From the NCBI RefSeq assembly GCF_964355755.1, contig NC_092671.1, positions 9,486,001 through 9,550,000 of the forward strand: DNA of 64,000 nucleotides. Reading direction: 5' to 3'. A program made the position numbers and the translations under genes. The stretch comes from Antedon mediterranea (lineage: Eukaryota > Animalia > Echinodermata). Under the pieces are notes generated by a model. The model had not been told where the DNA came from. It ran no database searches and was given only the letters and a program-made list of their open reading frames with translations. Positions 1 to 11,119 of this stretch are shown piece after piece; position 1 is the stretch's first letter; the number at the start of each line of letters is the position of its first letter.

Positions 1-1719
1 GAAAGAGAGTGGTCACAATGAAAAGAAAAATGGCATGATGGAAACTTTTTTAAACTTGGCACTTAGTCCAACATGCTTCACCAACATGCTTCCTTGTAAG
101 CTAAATACAATATTTTGTTTATTGTCATAACTCTCAAAACTTTGGCTACAGAATGCCATTGTACACAGTGGTATATAACAAATAAATAAGAGTTGAATGG
201 GGAGCTGAAATATTGACTGAACAAAGTTCAAGTTGAATAGAAACAGAGCATGCAATAGTACATTTAATTGTTACAATGGAAGACAATAATGCATGTTTTG
301 TTGGCATTAATTATGGTAGTTTACTGTGAAAACTTTTGTAGTCTAGATTTGTTATTTAGCAAGTTTTTTGTTTTTCTGTATAAAATACTGTAAATATTGC
401 TTGTTTATAACGCTATTATAATTGGGCTCAAATTCCATAATAAACACGCATATCTTAAGTACACTAAACTCTTGTTTGAACATACAGTCAAATAGACGCT
501 AAATCAACATATTCAGAGATATTCAGATCATAAGGTCCAATAGAAAGTAACCAATTTTATACAGTGCAGTATCTTTTTAAATAGTACAGTTCTTTCAACA
601 AAAGCCGGACCGCTTAATATAATAGACAATTCTGGATAGTTTTTAATGACGAAAAGGATATTTTCTTGACAACAGACTTTGACAAAATGAAAAGAATTAA
701 TAATAGTGCTGGATAACCCCAAATAAAGTGCTAAATTTGAAAATCAATGAAATAAAAAACACACATAGCAATTCCACTACACTAAGTTCGTTTATCAGTA
801 GGTGGTCATTTGACTACAGTATATAAAATAACATCATTAAATATCCACGATGCAATTTGCCATTGTGGGATACTTGTTGTAAATGGCAATTAAAATGTTT
901 CATCTGAATTTCCAGCATGGGCTTTTTTTTTGCTACAGTGCACAATAAAAATGCTAATGGTAAAATCAGTGGAAAGTAACTAAGACATTAGTGTTGGAAA
1001 AAATATCTTTCACTCTTATGAAGGACAAAAGTGTGAATTCATATATGTGAAAGTTCATATTAAAGGACTCATAAATTGTTACGATGTACAAAGTACGATA
1101 ATTACATGATTATAGACATTTTAAATTTACCATGAATAATTCCAACAAAATGAATAAAAAATGGAAAGAAAACTACATCTTACTTATTGGTAATGAGATT
1201 ATGAATACTGAATTATAATTTTGTATTTATGGAGTCATACTGAATAAAAATGATTTTGACTCGGTTAGTAATAATACAACCCAATTTTGAAATAGCCCAG
1301 TAGAAACTTAGGGATATTTTAACTCATTTCTGGTTTGTTTGCACCCTGATTGGAAAACGATATCCCAGCTGATTGTTTATACAATAAGGCTGAATGAAAT
1401 TTGATTAAGTTAGAATTTAGTGAAGAATTATCCAATGTTGCCATTGGCAAGATTTTACTCATCCCATGCATAATGTATTTGAGGTGTTACTGTACGTAGC
1501 GGTAGACGTTACCGTTCCATCATCTCTCGTACAAATATGCTTCATAACAGCTGCTATTCGGGCACTGAATTCTTGTCAGTATCCCTTACGAGAGTGTTTT
1601 TGTATATCTCAGAGCAAACATAATTTCTATGTATATTTTATATGCAAATGACAATAAATGGAAGTAATTTTCCACTGATGAATGAGTTAATAAAACATAT
1701 GGAAGGTCTATAACATTAC

Positions 1720-3044
1720 CTGCTCGGTAGAAGCCAAATGACATTTTCGTTGTCGGCTTCATGTTTGCTAACCATAATGCAAAAAGACTGATCATAAAAC
1801 TGGCAAAATCACTCAATAAATGGCCAGCATCTGTCATAATAGCTAAACTGTTAGCTATGTAACCACCTGTTGAGACAAATAATAATATAAGCATTAATGA
1901 TTCTTCTTTTCTATAAAGATAGTGCTTAGAAATAGATCTATAACTAAAGTTGGAACTATGGTTGAAAAAGAAAACTAGTGGCTTAACTTTTAGACTATTA
2001 AGTAACTATTGTAATTGTTTTAAGAGAGCTTGGATGGGAGACCATCTGGGAATAGCGGGTGCTGTATACGGAGCTGGGGTCCCGTTAGGCATTTGAAATC
2101 AGCACTGCTGACTCTTATGGCAGTCCCTGCATCAAAGTATCTGCCTCAGACCTCTGGTCAATGTGGGCACTGGACGAGAGAAGCCCTTGATCAATGTTAG
2201 GACCAATCAAGGTGCTTTAAACAGTCCTGGCTTTGTTTGTATCAAACCAGTGGCGGTAATTATCGCTGTTGGTTTCGATTGAATAAAATAAAAAAACATT
2301 CTTTATGTTTTATAACAAGTAGTAACTTTTATCTATCTAGAGCAGCGGTTCTAATAATATAATTTAGTAAAGTTACGAATAATCTTGCGCGCTTATAAAA
2401 TGCAGTGTCGTAGGTTGGGGTGATTTTATACATGACCGTCTTATCTACTGTAGTTATTAATATTATTTAATTATTAATAAATTATATTAGGCATAAGAAA
2501 GGCATAAATATCTATTTATATACAGTACTGTTGTTAGCCAAAAATTAACAAACATACCAACAAATTCTCCAACCATAAAGATAAGGCAAATAATACTAGC
2601 TATTATCAGCTGATTTCGTGCTCCCCGATTTGAGTATTCTTCTTGAGCAGAATGACAATGATTTTTCTCCTCCTCATAGTCATCATGAACATTATTATCT
2701 TCAGACAAATTCAACAACGGCTCATCATCGTCCTCCATAAAAAAATCCCTGTTTGAACTATTCATACTGTAAGTGCCTGCTTGAAAGCTAGACCTATTGT
2801 AATAACCGTCATTTTTATATGGATCAGGCGGAGACGATTTTACCCGCCCTCTTACACTAACTTCTAGGCCTAGACCATCGTTATGTTGATGTTGTAGGCC
2901 TAGGCCTATGCTCGATCCACCATTCATGAAAGAGCTCGGCGGCAGCCTAAGGTTAGAATCGTGGGGTGGTCCTGTTGAATCTTGTTCTTGCTCATTTATC
3001 CGTTCCATCTCTCTGTTTTCAACAATACATTCAGTTCTATTCAT
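1720..3044 (-). CDS. SLC30A2: Zinc exporter, SLC30A2/3/8 (ZnT2-like) family, first two coding exons; gene continues beyond the window start
   Basis: Exon 3044-2558 (ATG, HCH motif, TM1 IASIICLIFMVGEFV, donor G|GTATGT) splices in phase 1 to exon 1866-1720 (CAG|, GYIANSLAIMTDAGHLLSDFASFMISLFALWL...SFGFYRA, G|GTAATG). The HLLSD TM2 zinc-site motif is typical of CDF/ZnT proteins. The exact paralogue is uncertain. Confidence 0.9.
2029..2297 (+). mobile_element. 5'-truncated 5S rRNA-derived SINE (SINE3-like) in ZnT intron
   Basis: 2029-2066 CTTGGATGGGAGACCatcTGGGAATAgCGGGTGCTGTA matches the 3' part of 5S rRNA (box C region), followed by about 215 bp of GC-richer body and an A-rich tail at 2282-2297. 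Confidence 0.7.
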
Positions 3045-3162
3045 ATCACGGTAAGATTCCGTTTATACTTTACCCAAAAATATCAGTTCCATATTATGAA
3101 ATTCAAGAAATAAAAACAAACTTCTCTATCATCTGACAGCAGCAGCAGTGCAGTTTTAGTGC

Positions 3163-3181
3163 GTGTGCAGTGATGTGTGCA
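3163..3181 (-). promoter_or_regulatory. Two tandem metal-response elements (TGCACAC) upstream of the ZnT ATG
   Basis: GTGTGCA at 3163-3169 and 3175-3181 = TGCRCNC on the minus strand, 120-140 bp upstream of the ATG; another TGCGCGC lies at 2386-2392 in intron 1. Confidence 0.55.
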
Positions 3182-4301
3182 AATTGCCGATGTATGATGT
3201 GACGTGTTGTGGTGGGTGATGATATTGATCATGTGATCTGTTATTTTCTCTATCGTGTTTTTTTTTTTGTACATTTCTTTTGGATGCTTGGATGCACCTT
3301 TGGTCGAGTGCCACTGTTGTAAAAGTGTAATCTCCAAATAAATTATTATTATTATTATTAATTATACATGTTTCGTAAGGTAAAAAGATTTGTCCTGTCC
3401 ACCAAAATAATATCAAATCGCCTGCCAGATTTTTGGTTGAATTTAACCGTTTATTTTCATAATAAGTAATCACCTGTAATCACCTGTCTTGTCGGGCTCG
3501 TAAGTAGACCATACATTTCTGTATGGTACATGTCATGCCCTCCCAATTTCATCAAGTCATCACTGCATGGTTTTTTTTTTTTAAAAACGTTATTATTATA
3601 TTAATTTCCCCGTTTCTCTTCCTACGGAAGGTGAAAAAAACAAACAAAATGGCCTGCTAGGTTCTTTGAATGGTATAATCATTTGAAGTAGTCCTATATT
3701 GAACTAATGATTTATTATAATCATTTTAAATAGACTTATAATATAATGGTATGTGAACAAACATCAAGTACTGTACTGGCCTAGGTCTAGTGAATTAATG
3801 CATTAATAATCATAGGAAATAATAATTTAATGAGTATAGCTATTTCCTCCAGATCTCTCGTGAACACATTCAAAACTTTAAGAAACGGCGGCCTAATAAA
3901 TATATTTGTTTAATCCATAAAATAAAATGTGATCTATAAATTTAATTATCATCGAAAAGTGGAAACATTGTTATTGTTATGTAGGTGTGTACGGATACAT
4001 CATCATGGAGGAAATACATTTATTAGATAAACATATGTTGTTTACTCCGTGCTTTAGGCCAAGCTGTTTCTCTAGATCTTAAATACCACTTATTCTTTGA
4101 TGACCTTGAAATCAATAATGAATTTAAAATTACACCAACTCAATTGACCCAAATACGAATTAGCAAGTAATATTTTCGACAAACATTGTAAAATATTTCT
4201 GACCATGGCATGGAACACACAAATATAATATACTGTATTATAATATATTTTTTTGTAATTTGTTCTTATGTCTACTTGTGTTTGTTATTATATATAAATC
4301 C

Positions 4302-4353
4302 AAAGGCAAATTACTGAAAAATGACAATGCTGTGGGTATCAGTGGCTGGATCT
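4302..4353 (-). repeat. Fragment of the same repeat as 52324-52376 (probable Penelope pLTR relic)
   Basis: Reverse complement AGATCCAGCCACTGATACCCACAGCATTGTCATTTT..CAGTAATTTGCCTTT is near-identical to 52324-52376. Confidence 0.7.
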
Positions 4354-4386
4354 CAATGGAAACAAAACACATACTGTACATAAAAT

Positions 4387-4416
4387 CAAAGAACTTATTA
4401 TAATATAAGTTCTTTG
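4387..4416. mobile_element. 30 bp palindromic P-element-like footprint with 7 bp TSD
   Basis: CAAAGAACTTAT-tataat-ATAAGTTCTTTG flanked by direct repeat ATAAAAT at 4380-4386 and 4417-4423. Confidence 0.6.
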
Positions 4417-5151
4417 ATAAAATCAAGAGGCTAATTTTATAGCTTCAATACCTTGACAAACTTAACATCATTAATAAATCACAGTTTGGTTTTCGCAAAA
4501 ACCACTCTACGAGTCATGCACTTTCACAAACAATAGAAAAAATTACTTCAGCAATAGATGAACAAATGATAAGTATCGGCGTCTTCCTAGACCTTTCTAA
4601 GGCATTTGATACGATAGATCATGAGATTCTCTTACAAAAACTCAAATTTTATGGTATTCGGGGCATTGTTCTTGAATGGTTTAAGAGCTACTTATATATG
4701 AGAAAACAATATGTTCACATGGGAAATTGTAAATCAGAATTAAAACTGATTGAATATGGAGTACCACAAGGCTCAATTCTTGGGCCGTTACTTTTTATAA
4801 TTTATACAAATGACATTGTTGAAAGTAGTAAATATTTAGAATTTGTCATTTTTGCTGACGATACTAACGTATTTTTTAAGCACAAAGATATAAACCTTTT
4901 AATTAACACTTTAAATACAGAATTAAGTAAATTAAGTGATTGGTTTACTGCAAACAAATTGAGTCTGAATACAAAGAAGACCAAGTTTATCGAATTTAGA
5001 AGCATGTATAAGAAAAAAGATACCAATAACTATACTTTATTTATTAATGATGTTGAAATTGAAAGAGTTAGTAAAATTAAGTTCTTAGGTGTCATTCTTG
5101 ATGAGTTTGTAACATTCCATGATCACATAGATATCATTACTATGAAAATTG

Positions 5152-7555
5152 CTCTCTTAAATTCATCGATTGGAAATTTCGATCGTATTTACGTTTGATG
5201 ATTAAAACCAAACTTTTTAGACTGAATATGGTATTCATGAACGTGAAATACGCTCCAGTTGAAAATAAAGTTTCAACTGATAGAAAGTTTGATTACAACA
5301 TCCAATCAGCGCCTAATATATTGTGACGTGAAAGCGCGCGGACAACAAAAGTTTGTCTTCCCTCTCCTCGCTTCCCGCCCGCCTGATCTTCAGAGTCAGT
5401 GTCTTCATGCTCATCGATCGCATTTTAGATTCTTTGCCGACAATTTACGAGCTACCGTATTCGTAACATATACCAATTGAATCAATATCTATTTTAGAAG
5501 GTTGGTAATCATTTATTTTAAATTGAATCTAAGGCATACGCTACATTGAGGCCTACATTCACACCACCACCACCGCGCACATTTTCTGGCCACAGCACAG
5601 ATCTAGGCCTAGTTAGTAGGCTAGTTGACGTGACAGCAGCGAGTGTGGTGTACGGTGGTTACGGCTCGAGTTTATTTTTGCCGGTTACCGAGTTAGGCTA
5701 TAGGCCTAGACCTAGTTAGTGAGTAGCCTAGGTTAAATTTACTAAATCAAATGTGTTATGCCTTGAATATTATTCTATCTAGGCTAGGCCTAGCCTAGTT
5801 GAATAGGCATTTCCATTGTATAAACAATTTTAATGAATACTAAAAAAACGTTACTTTGTAATTCTTGTAATGTAATGTAATGACGTTCTCTAGCTAGGCC
5901 TACCCTACTACTACTAGCTAGCATAGGCTAGTACTAGCCTAGTAGGCTAGGCCTAACTAGTAGGTCTAGCTGGAGAAGAGCTAGGTCTAATAAATAGGCC
6001 TAGGCTAGGCCTAGTTACTAAGCCTAGGCCCTACTTTAATACTATTTCCTAGACTAGGCCCTAGGGGCCTAGGCCTATAGCTAGAGCCTCTAGTAGGGCC
6101 TAGCCTAGGCGTCCTACGAATAAATTATGATATAATTAATAATTATAATATTAATAAATAATGACGATAGGCTATACTGTGTATACTGTACAGTACTAAA
6201 CTATAACATTTAGTAGAAACATATTATTTCTATCTATTGCACAGGAAAAATGCTTGACTACACAATGTCAATGATGTTTCGGGCTGTAATCATTCACAAT
6301 AACAACATGGACATCATCTTGAACGATTTATATTTATTTTTTGATAGTAAGTAATAATAATATGTTGTATATCTGTATTTAAATCACTGTATTTATACAT
6401 GTCAATTGTGTATAAATTCGTGTTTTTTAAGCTTTAAAACAGGGACTGGATTAAAAAATATTTTCAACCTAGAAGAAACTACTCGACATACCGACCTGAT
6501 GCTAGAAAAAGATTGCCTAATTATTGGTGGCTTGACTGAATCTGAACTAGCCTATTATTTTTACTATTTGTGTTACTATTATTAATGTTTTATAATTTAT
6601 TTTGTGCACTAGGCCTAATGGTCTTGTTATGTTGATTTATATGAAGCATACTATATGTCTCAATCTTATACAGAGCATGAACCAAATCAGAAGCTGTGAA
6701 TTTGTTCATTCAACATATCCATGTAAGCATATTAATTAATAGTACAGTTTTTATTTTCATTTTAAAAATTACGAATGTCAAAATTTACTTAAATTAGAGA
6801 AAAGAGTTTTATATGATACTCTTTTCTGATAATATTGAATAGCAAAACTATTCACCGTTGCTTTTTAAGACCATATTGAAAATAAAAAATTATCAATGAT
6901 AAAGATAGTACAGTACTACTACTAAAGATGCGTACATTTATCAAATATTTTATGATAAATAACAGTTTGTTATGCTTTTTGTTATTCTTACAGGATGCAA
7001 CAGATGTTAGAAAAGAGTATGCAGGACAAAAATTTGCACAGCCATATTTATTGTCAATTGGACGGTCATCATAACTCAACATGTACTTTCATTCAGACAC
7101 ATTATAGAAGCCATGGTTGGGATTTTATTTAGGCTGCACTATATTTTCCTGAATGATATTTGTGGACTTTGTAGATGCCCTCCCAAGAATTAGGGTATAT
7201 CACCAAGGCATATAAGATAGTTTTTGAATTTATAATTATACTACTGAAAGGCAAAGACTACAGCAGTGTCTTGACTATTGTAATATACTGTTGTTATGTT
7301 TTCAATAAAATCAAAATGGAATATATATAAGAAACGTATCTTTTTTAAGCATCGTATTTAAACAAAAAAGTCAATCGATTTTGGTTGAAAAAATAATTTT
7401 TCCAATCTTCTTAGTTTGAAATTTTTCAATCTTTGAATCGATTGAAAATCTTCAATCGTTATTTCAATCAATCCGATTTGTCCCTACTCACAGTCGGCCA
7501 AAAGTTGAAAAATCAACCGTATCGATTGAATATTCAGTCGACCAATTTAAGAGAG
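5152..7555 (+). mobile_element. Non-autonomous TIR DNA transposon, EnSpm/CACTA (CMC)-like, copy 1 (2404 bp)
   Basis: TIR CTCTCTTAAATT...AATTTAAGAGAG (12 bp perfect, then imperfect), subterminal TCGATT repeats, 2 bp TSD TG (5150-5151 and 7556-7557) whose removal restores the LINE frame. Confidence 0.88.
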
Positions 7556-7713
7556 TGCAAGGGTCATTGGTGTAATGAACAAACTTAAATATATTGTTCA
7601 ATCAGATGTTTTGTTAATAATGTAGGCCTACAACTCGTTAATTTTACCTCACCTAATATATGCAATAACTATTTGGGGAGTTGCGGGGGCAACGAAGCTA
7701 CAGAGAATACATA

Positions 7714-10116
7714 CTCTCTTAAATTCATCGATTGGAAATTTCGATCGTATTTACGTTTGATGATTAAAACCAAACTTTTTAGACTGAATATGGTATTCAT
7801 GAACGTGAAATACGCTCCAGTTGAAAATAAAGTTTCAACTGATAGAAAGTTTGATTACAACATCCAATCAGCGCCTAATATATTGTGACGTGAAAGCGCG
7901 CGGACAACAAAAGTTTGTCTTCCCTCTCCTCGCTTCCCGCCCGCCTGATCTTCAGAGTCAGTGTCTTCATGCTCATCGATCGCATTTTAGATTCTTTGCC
8001 GACAATTTACGAGCTACCGTATTCGTAACATATACCAATTGAATCAATATCTATTTTAGAAGGTTGGTAATCATTTATTTTAAATTGAATCTAAGGCATA
8101 CGCTACATTGAGGCCTACATTCACACCACCACCACCGCGCACATTTTCTGGCCACAGCACAGATCTAGTTAGTAGGCTAGTTGACGTGACAGCAGCGAGT
8201 GTGGTGTACGGTGGTTACGGCTCGAGTTTATTTTTGCCGGTTACCGAGTTAGGCTATAGGCCTAGACCTAGTTAGTGAGTAGCCTAGGTTAAATTTACTA
8301 AATCAAATGTGTTATGCCTTGAATATTATTCTATCTAGGCTAGGCCTAGCCTAGTTGAATAGGCATTTCCATTGTATAAACAATTTTAATGAATACTAAA
8401 AAAACGTTACTTTGTAATTCTTGTAATGTAATGTAATGACGTTCTCTAGCTAGGCCTACCCTACTACTACTAGCTAGCATAGGCTAGTACTAGCCTAGTA
8501 GGCTAGGCCTAACTAGTAGGTCTAGCTGGAGAAGAGCTAGGTCTAATAAATAGGCCTAGGCTAGGCTAGGCCTAGTTACTAAGCCTAGGCCCTACTTTAA
8601 TACTATTTCCTAGACTAGGCCCTAGGGGCCTAGGCCTATAGCTAGAGCCTCTAGTAGGGCCTAGCCTAGGCGTCCTACGAATAAATTATGATATAATTAA
8701 TAATTATAATATTAATAAATAATGACGATAGGCTATACTGTGTATACTGTACAGTACTAAACTATAACATTTAGTAGAAACATATTATTTCTATCTATTG
8801 CACAGGAAAAATGCTTGACTACACAATGTCAATGATGTTTCGGGCTGTAATCATTCACAATAACAACATGGACATCATCTTGAACGATTTATATTTATTT
8901 TTTGATAGTAAGTAATAATAATATGTTGTATATCTGTATTTAAATCACTGTATTTATACATGTCAATTGTGTATAAATTCGTGTTTTTTAAGCTTTAAAA
9001 CAGGGACTGGATTAAAAAATATTTCCAACCTAGAAGAAACTACTCGACATACCGACCTGATGCTAGAAAAAGATTGCCTAATTATTGGTGGCTTGACTGA
9101 ATCTGAACTAGCCTATTATTTTTACTATTTGTGTTACTATTATTAATGTTTTATAATTTATTTTGTGCACTAGGCCTAATGGTCTTGTTATGTTGATTTA
9201 TATGAAGCATACTATATGTCTCAATCTTATACAGAGCATGAACCAAATCAGAAGCTGTGAATTTGTTCATTCAACATATCCATGTAAGCATATTAATTAA
9301 TAGTACAGTTTTTATTTTCATTTTAAAAATTACGAATGTCAAAATTTACTTAAATTAGAGAAAAGAGTTTTATATGATACTCTTTTCTGATAATATTGAA
9401 TAGCAAAACTATTCACCGTTGCTTTTTAAGACCATATTGAAAATAAAAAATTATCAATGATAAAGATAGTACAGTACTACTACTAAAGATGCGTACATTT
9501 ATCAAATATTTTATGATAAATAACAGTTTGTTATGCTTTTTGTTATTCTTACAGGATGCAACAGATGTTAGAAAAGAGTATGCAGGACAAAAATTTGCAC
9601 AGCCATATTTATTGTCAATTGGACGGTCATCATAACTCAACATGTACTTTCATTCAGACACATTATAGAAGCCATGGTTGGGATTTTATTTAGGCTGCAC
9701 TATATTTTCCTGAATGATATTTGTGGACTTTGTAGATGCCCTCCCAAGAATTAGGGTATATCACCAAGGCATATAAGATAGTTTTTGAATTTATAATTAT
9801 ACTACTGAAAGACAAAGACTACAGCAGTGTCTTGACTATTGTAATATACTGTTGTTATGTTTTCAATAAAATCAAAATGGAATATATATAAGAAACGTAT
9901 CTTTTTTAAGCATCGTATTTAAACAAAAAAGTCAATCGATTTTGGTTGAAAAAATAATTTTTCCAATCTTCTTAGTTTGAAATTTTTCAATCTTTGAATC
10001 GATTGAAAATCTTCAATCGTTATTTCAATCAATCCGATTTGTCCCTACTCACAGTCGGCCAAAAGTTGAAAAATCAACCGTATCGATTGAATATTCAGTC
10101 GACCAATTTAAGAGAG
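7714..10116 (+). mobile_element. Non-autonomous TIR DNA transposon, EnSpm/CACTA (CMC)-like, copy 2 (2403 bp)
   Basis: Same TIRs, 2 bp TSD TA (7712-7713 and 10117-10118). Differs from copy 1 by the two substitutions and two small indels I could see. Confidence 0.88.
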
Positions 10117-10829
10117 TATACTTCAAAAACGAGCGATCAGAATTATATGTAAAGTGCATTATCAGCATCCATCAGCAAATTTATTCTATAACAAAAACCT
10201 ATTGAACATTTTTGACTTGTATGAGAAGTTCACTGCTGTATTTATGTTTCAATTCTGTATGGGCAATTTACCAGTTTCATTTAACTCTTTTTTTAACAAA
10301 AATGGAATCTGTACATGAGTATGGTACGCGGAAGAAGAGTGATTTCCGTATTCCTCTAAAAAGAACAAATATAGGACAAAGAAGTATTGCCTATAGAGGG
10401 GCAAATATTTGGAACCGTTTACCTGAAAACATAAAGTGTGAAACTAAAATCGGACAATTTAAAAAGGAAATACAACAACTATTAATAAATAAATACTCAC
10501 TCATGTAGAGTTCACTTTTGTTACTTTTAGCCTACTTTTTATTTCTATTTGTACTTTTATTGTTTTATTTGCTAATTAGATATCTGTATTATAGGGTAAT
10601 GCGTTTAAGAGCTTCGGCTCATTGCATACCCGTTTTGTATCAAATAAGTTTATAGAAAAATATTCCTGTGAAAGAAATACTGTATTATTTTGTTGTTGAT
10701 ACAAATAAATGGTACGTATATAGTACCGCGAATGATGAAATACAGTACTTGTTTGGTTTAAACCATGGAGTTATAAAATAAAAACTACGAGTAACGTCCT
10801 CTAATATATAATATAAATAATAATAAAAT

Positions 10830-11119
10830 AAAATACGTCACTGGAATACGGAAGTGATGCGCGCACCGCACGACGGCGACGGCGGCCGGCCGGCCGGCCA
10901 CGTACTATAATTATTTTGTAAACCTTTCATCAAAGAGCGCCACCTACGTTACACCATGATTACGTCATCTTCTTCTAGAACTTTAATGTATTTTTCACAC
11001 GGCTCGCCATTTTCATTCACACGGCACCCAAAAACGAACTGTTTTCACGAGGAAAACAAATTTGATTGATCAGAAGTTCCCAGCTGGCGCAGTGTGGTGA
11101 GTGCACAAAAACCCAAACT
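10830..11119 (+). promoter_or_regulatory. CpG-rich promoter and non-coding exon 1 of the ZIP gene, with MREs
   Basis: CpG cluster 10858-10900; palindromic MRE TGCGCGCA 10858-10865; CGGAAGTG (ETS-like) 10849-10856; CGCCATTTT (YY1-like) near 11005; MRE GAGTGCA 11099-11105; donor CT|GTGAGT at 11119/11120. Confidence 0.7.

Larger units (their letters stand above)
4443..10710 (+). mobile_element. 5'-truncated LINE (CR1/L2 group, Crack-like) reverse transcriptase, split into three pieces (4443-5151, 7556-7713, 10117-10710)
   Basis: QFGFRKNHST, GVFLDLSKAFDTIDH, GVPQGSILGPLLFIIY, FADD, KFLGV in 4443-5151. The frame continues across both insertions (MKIA|RVIGVMNKL; LQRIH|ILQKRAIRIIC) to HEYGTR...WNRLP and a stop at 10508. 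One 6 bp insertion (7623-7630) and one frameshift near 10295. The 3' UTR ends in AAATAAAT. Confidence 0.92.

Noticed and set aside
5259-9643. Duplicated short ORFs (73 aa plus, 76 aa minus) as genes
   Set aside because: They run through TIR, subterminal or antisense transposon DNA, start at non-ATG codons or lack recognisable motifs, and are duplicated only because the element is.
5152-10116. The 2.4 kb duplication as an assembly artefact or segmental tandem duplication
   Set aside because: Each copy has its own TSD, unique in-frame LINE sequence lies between them, and the copies differ at four sites.
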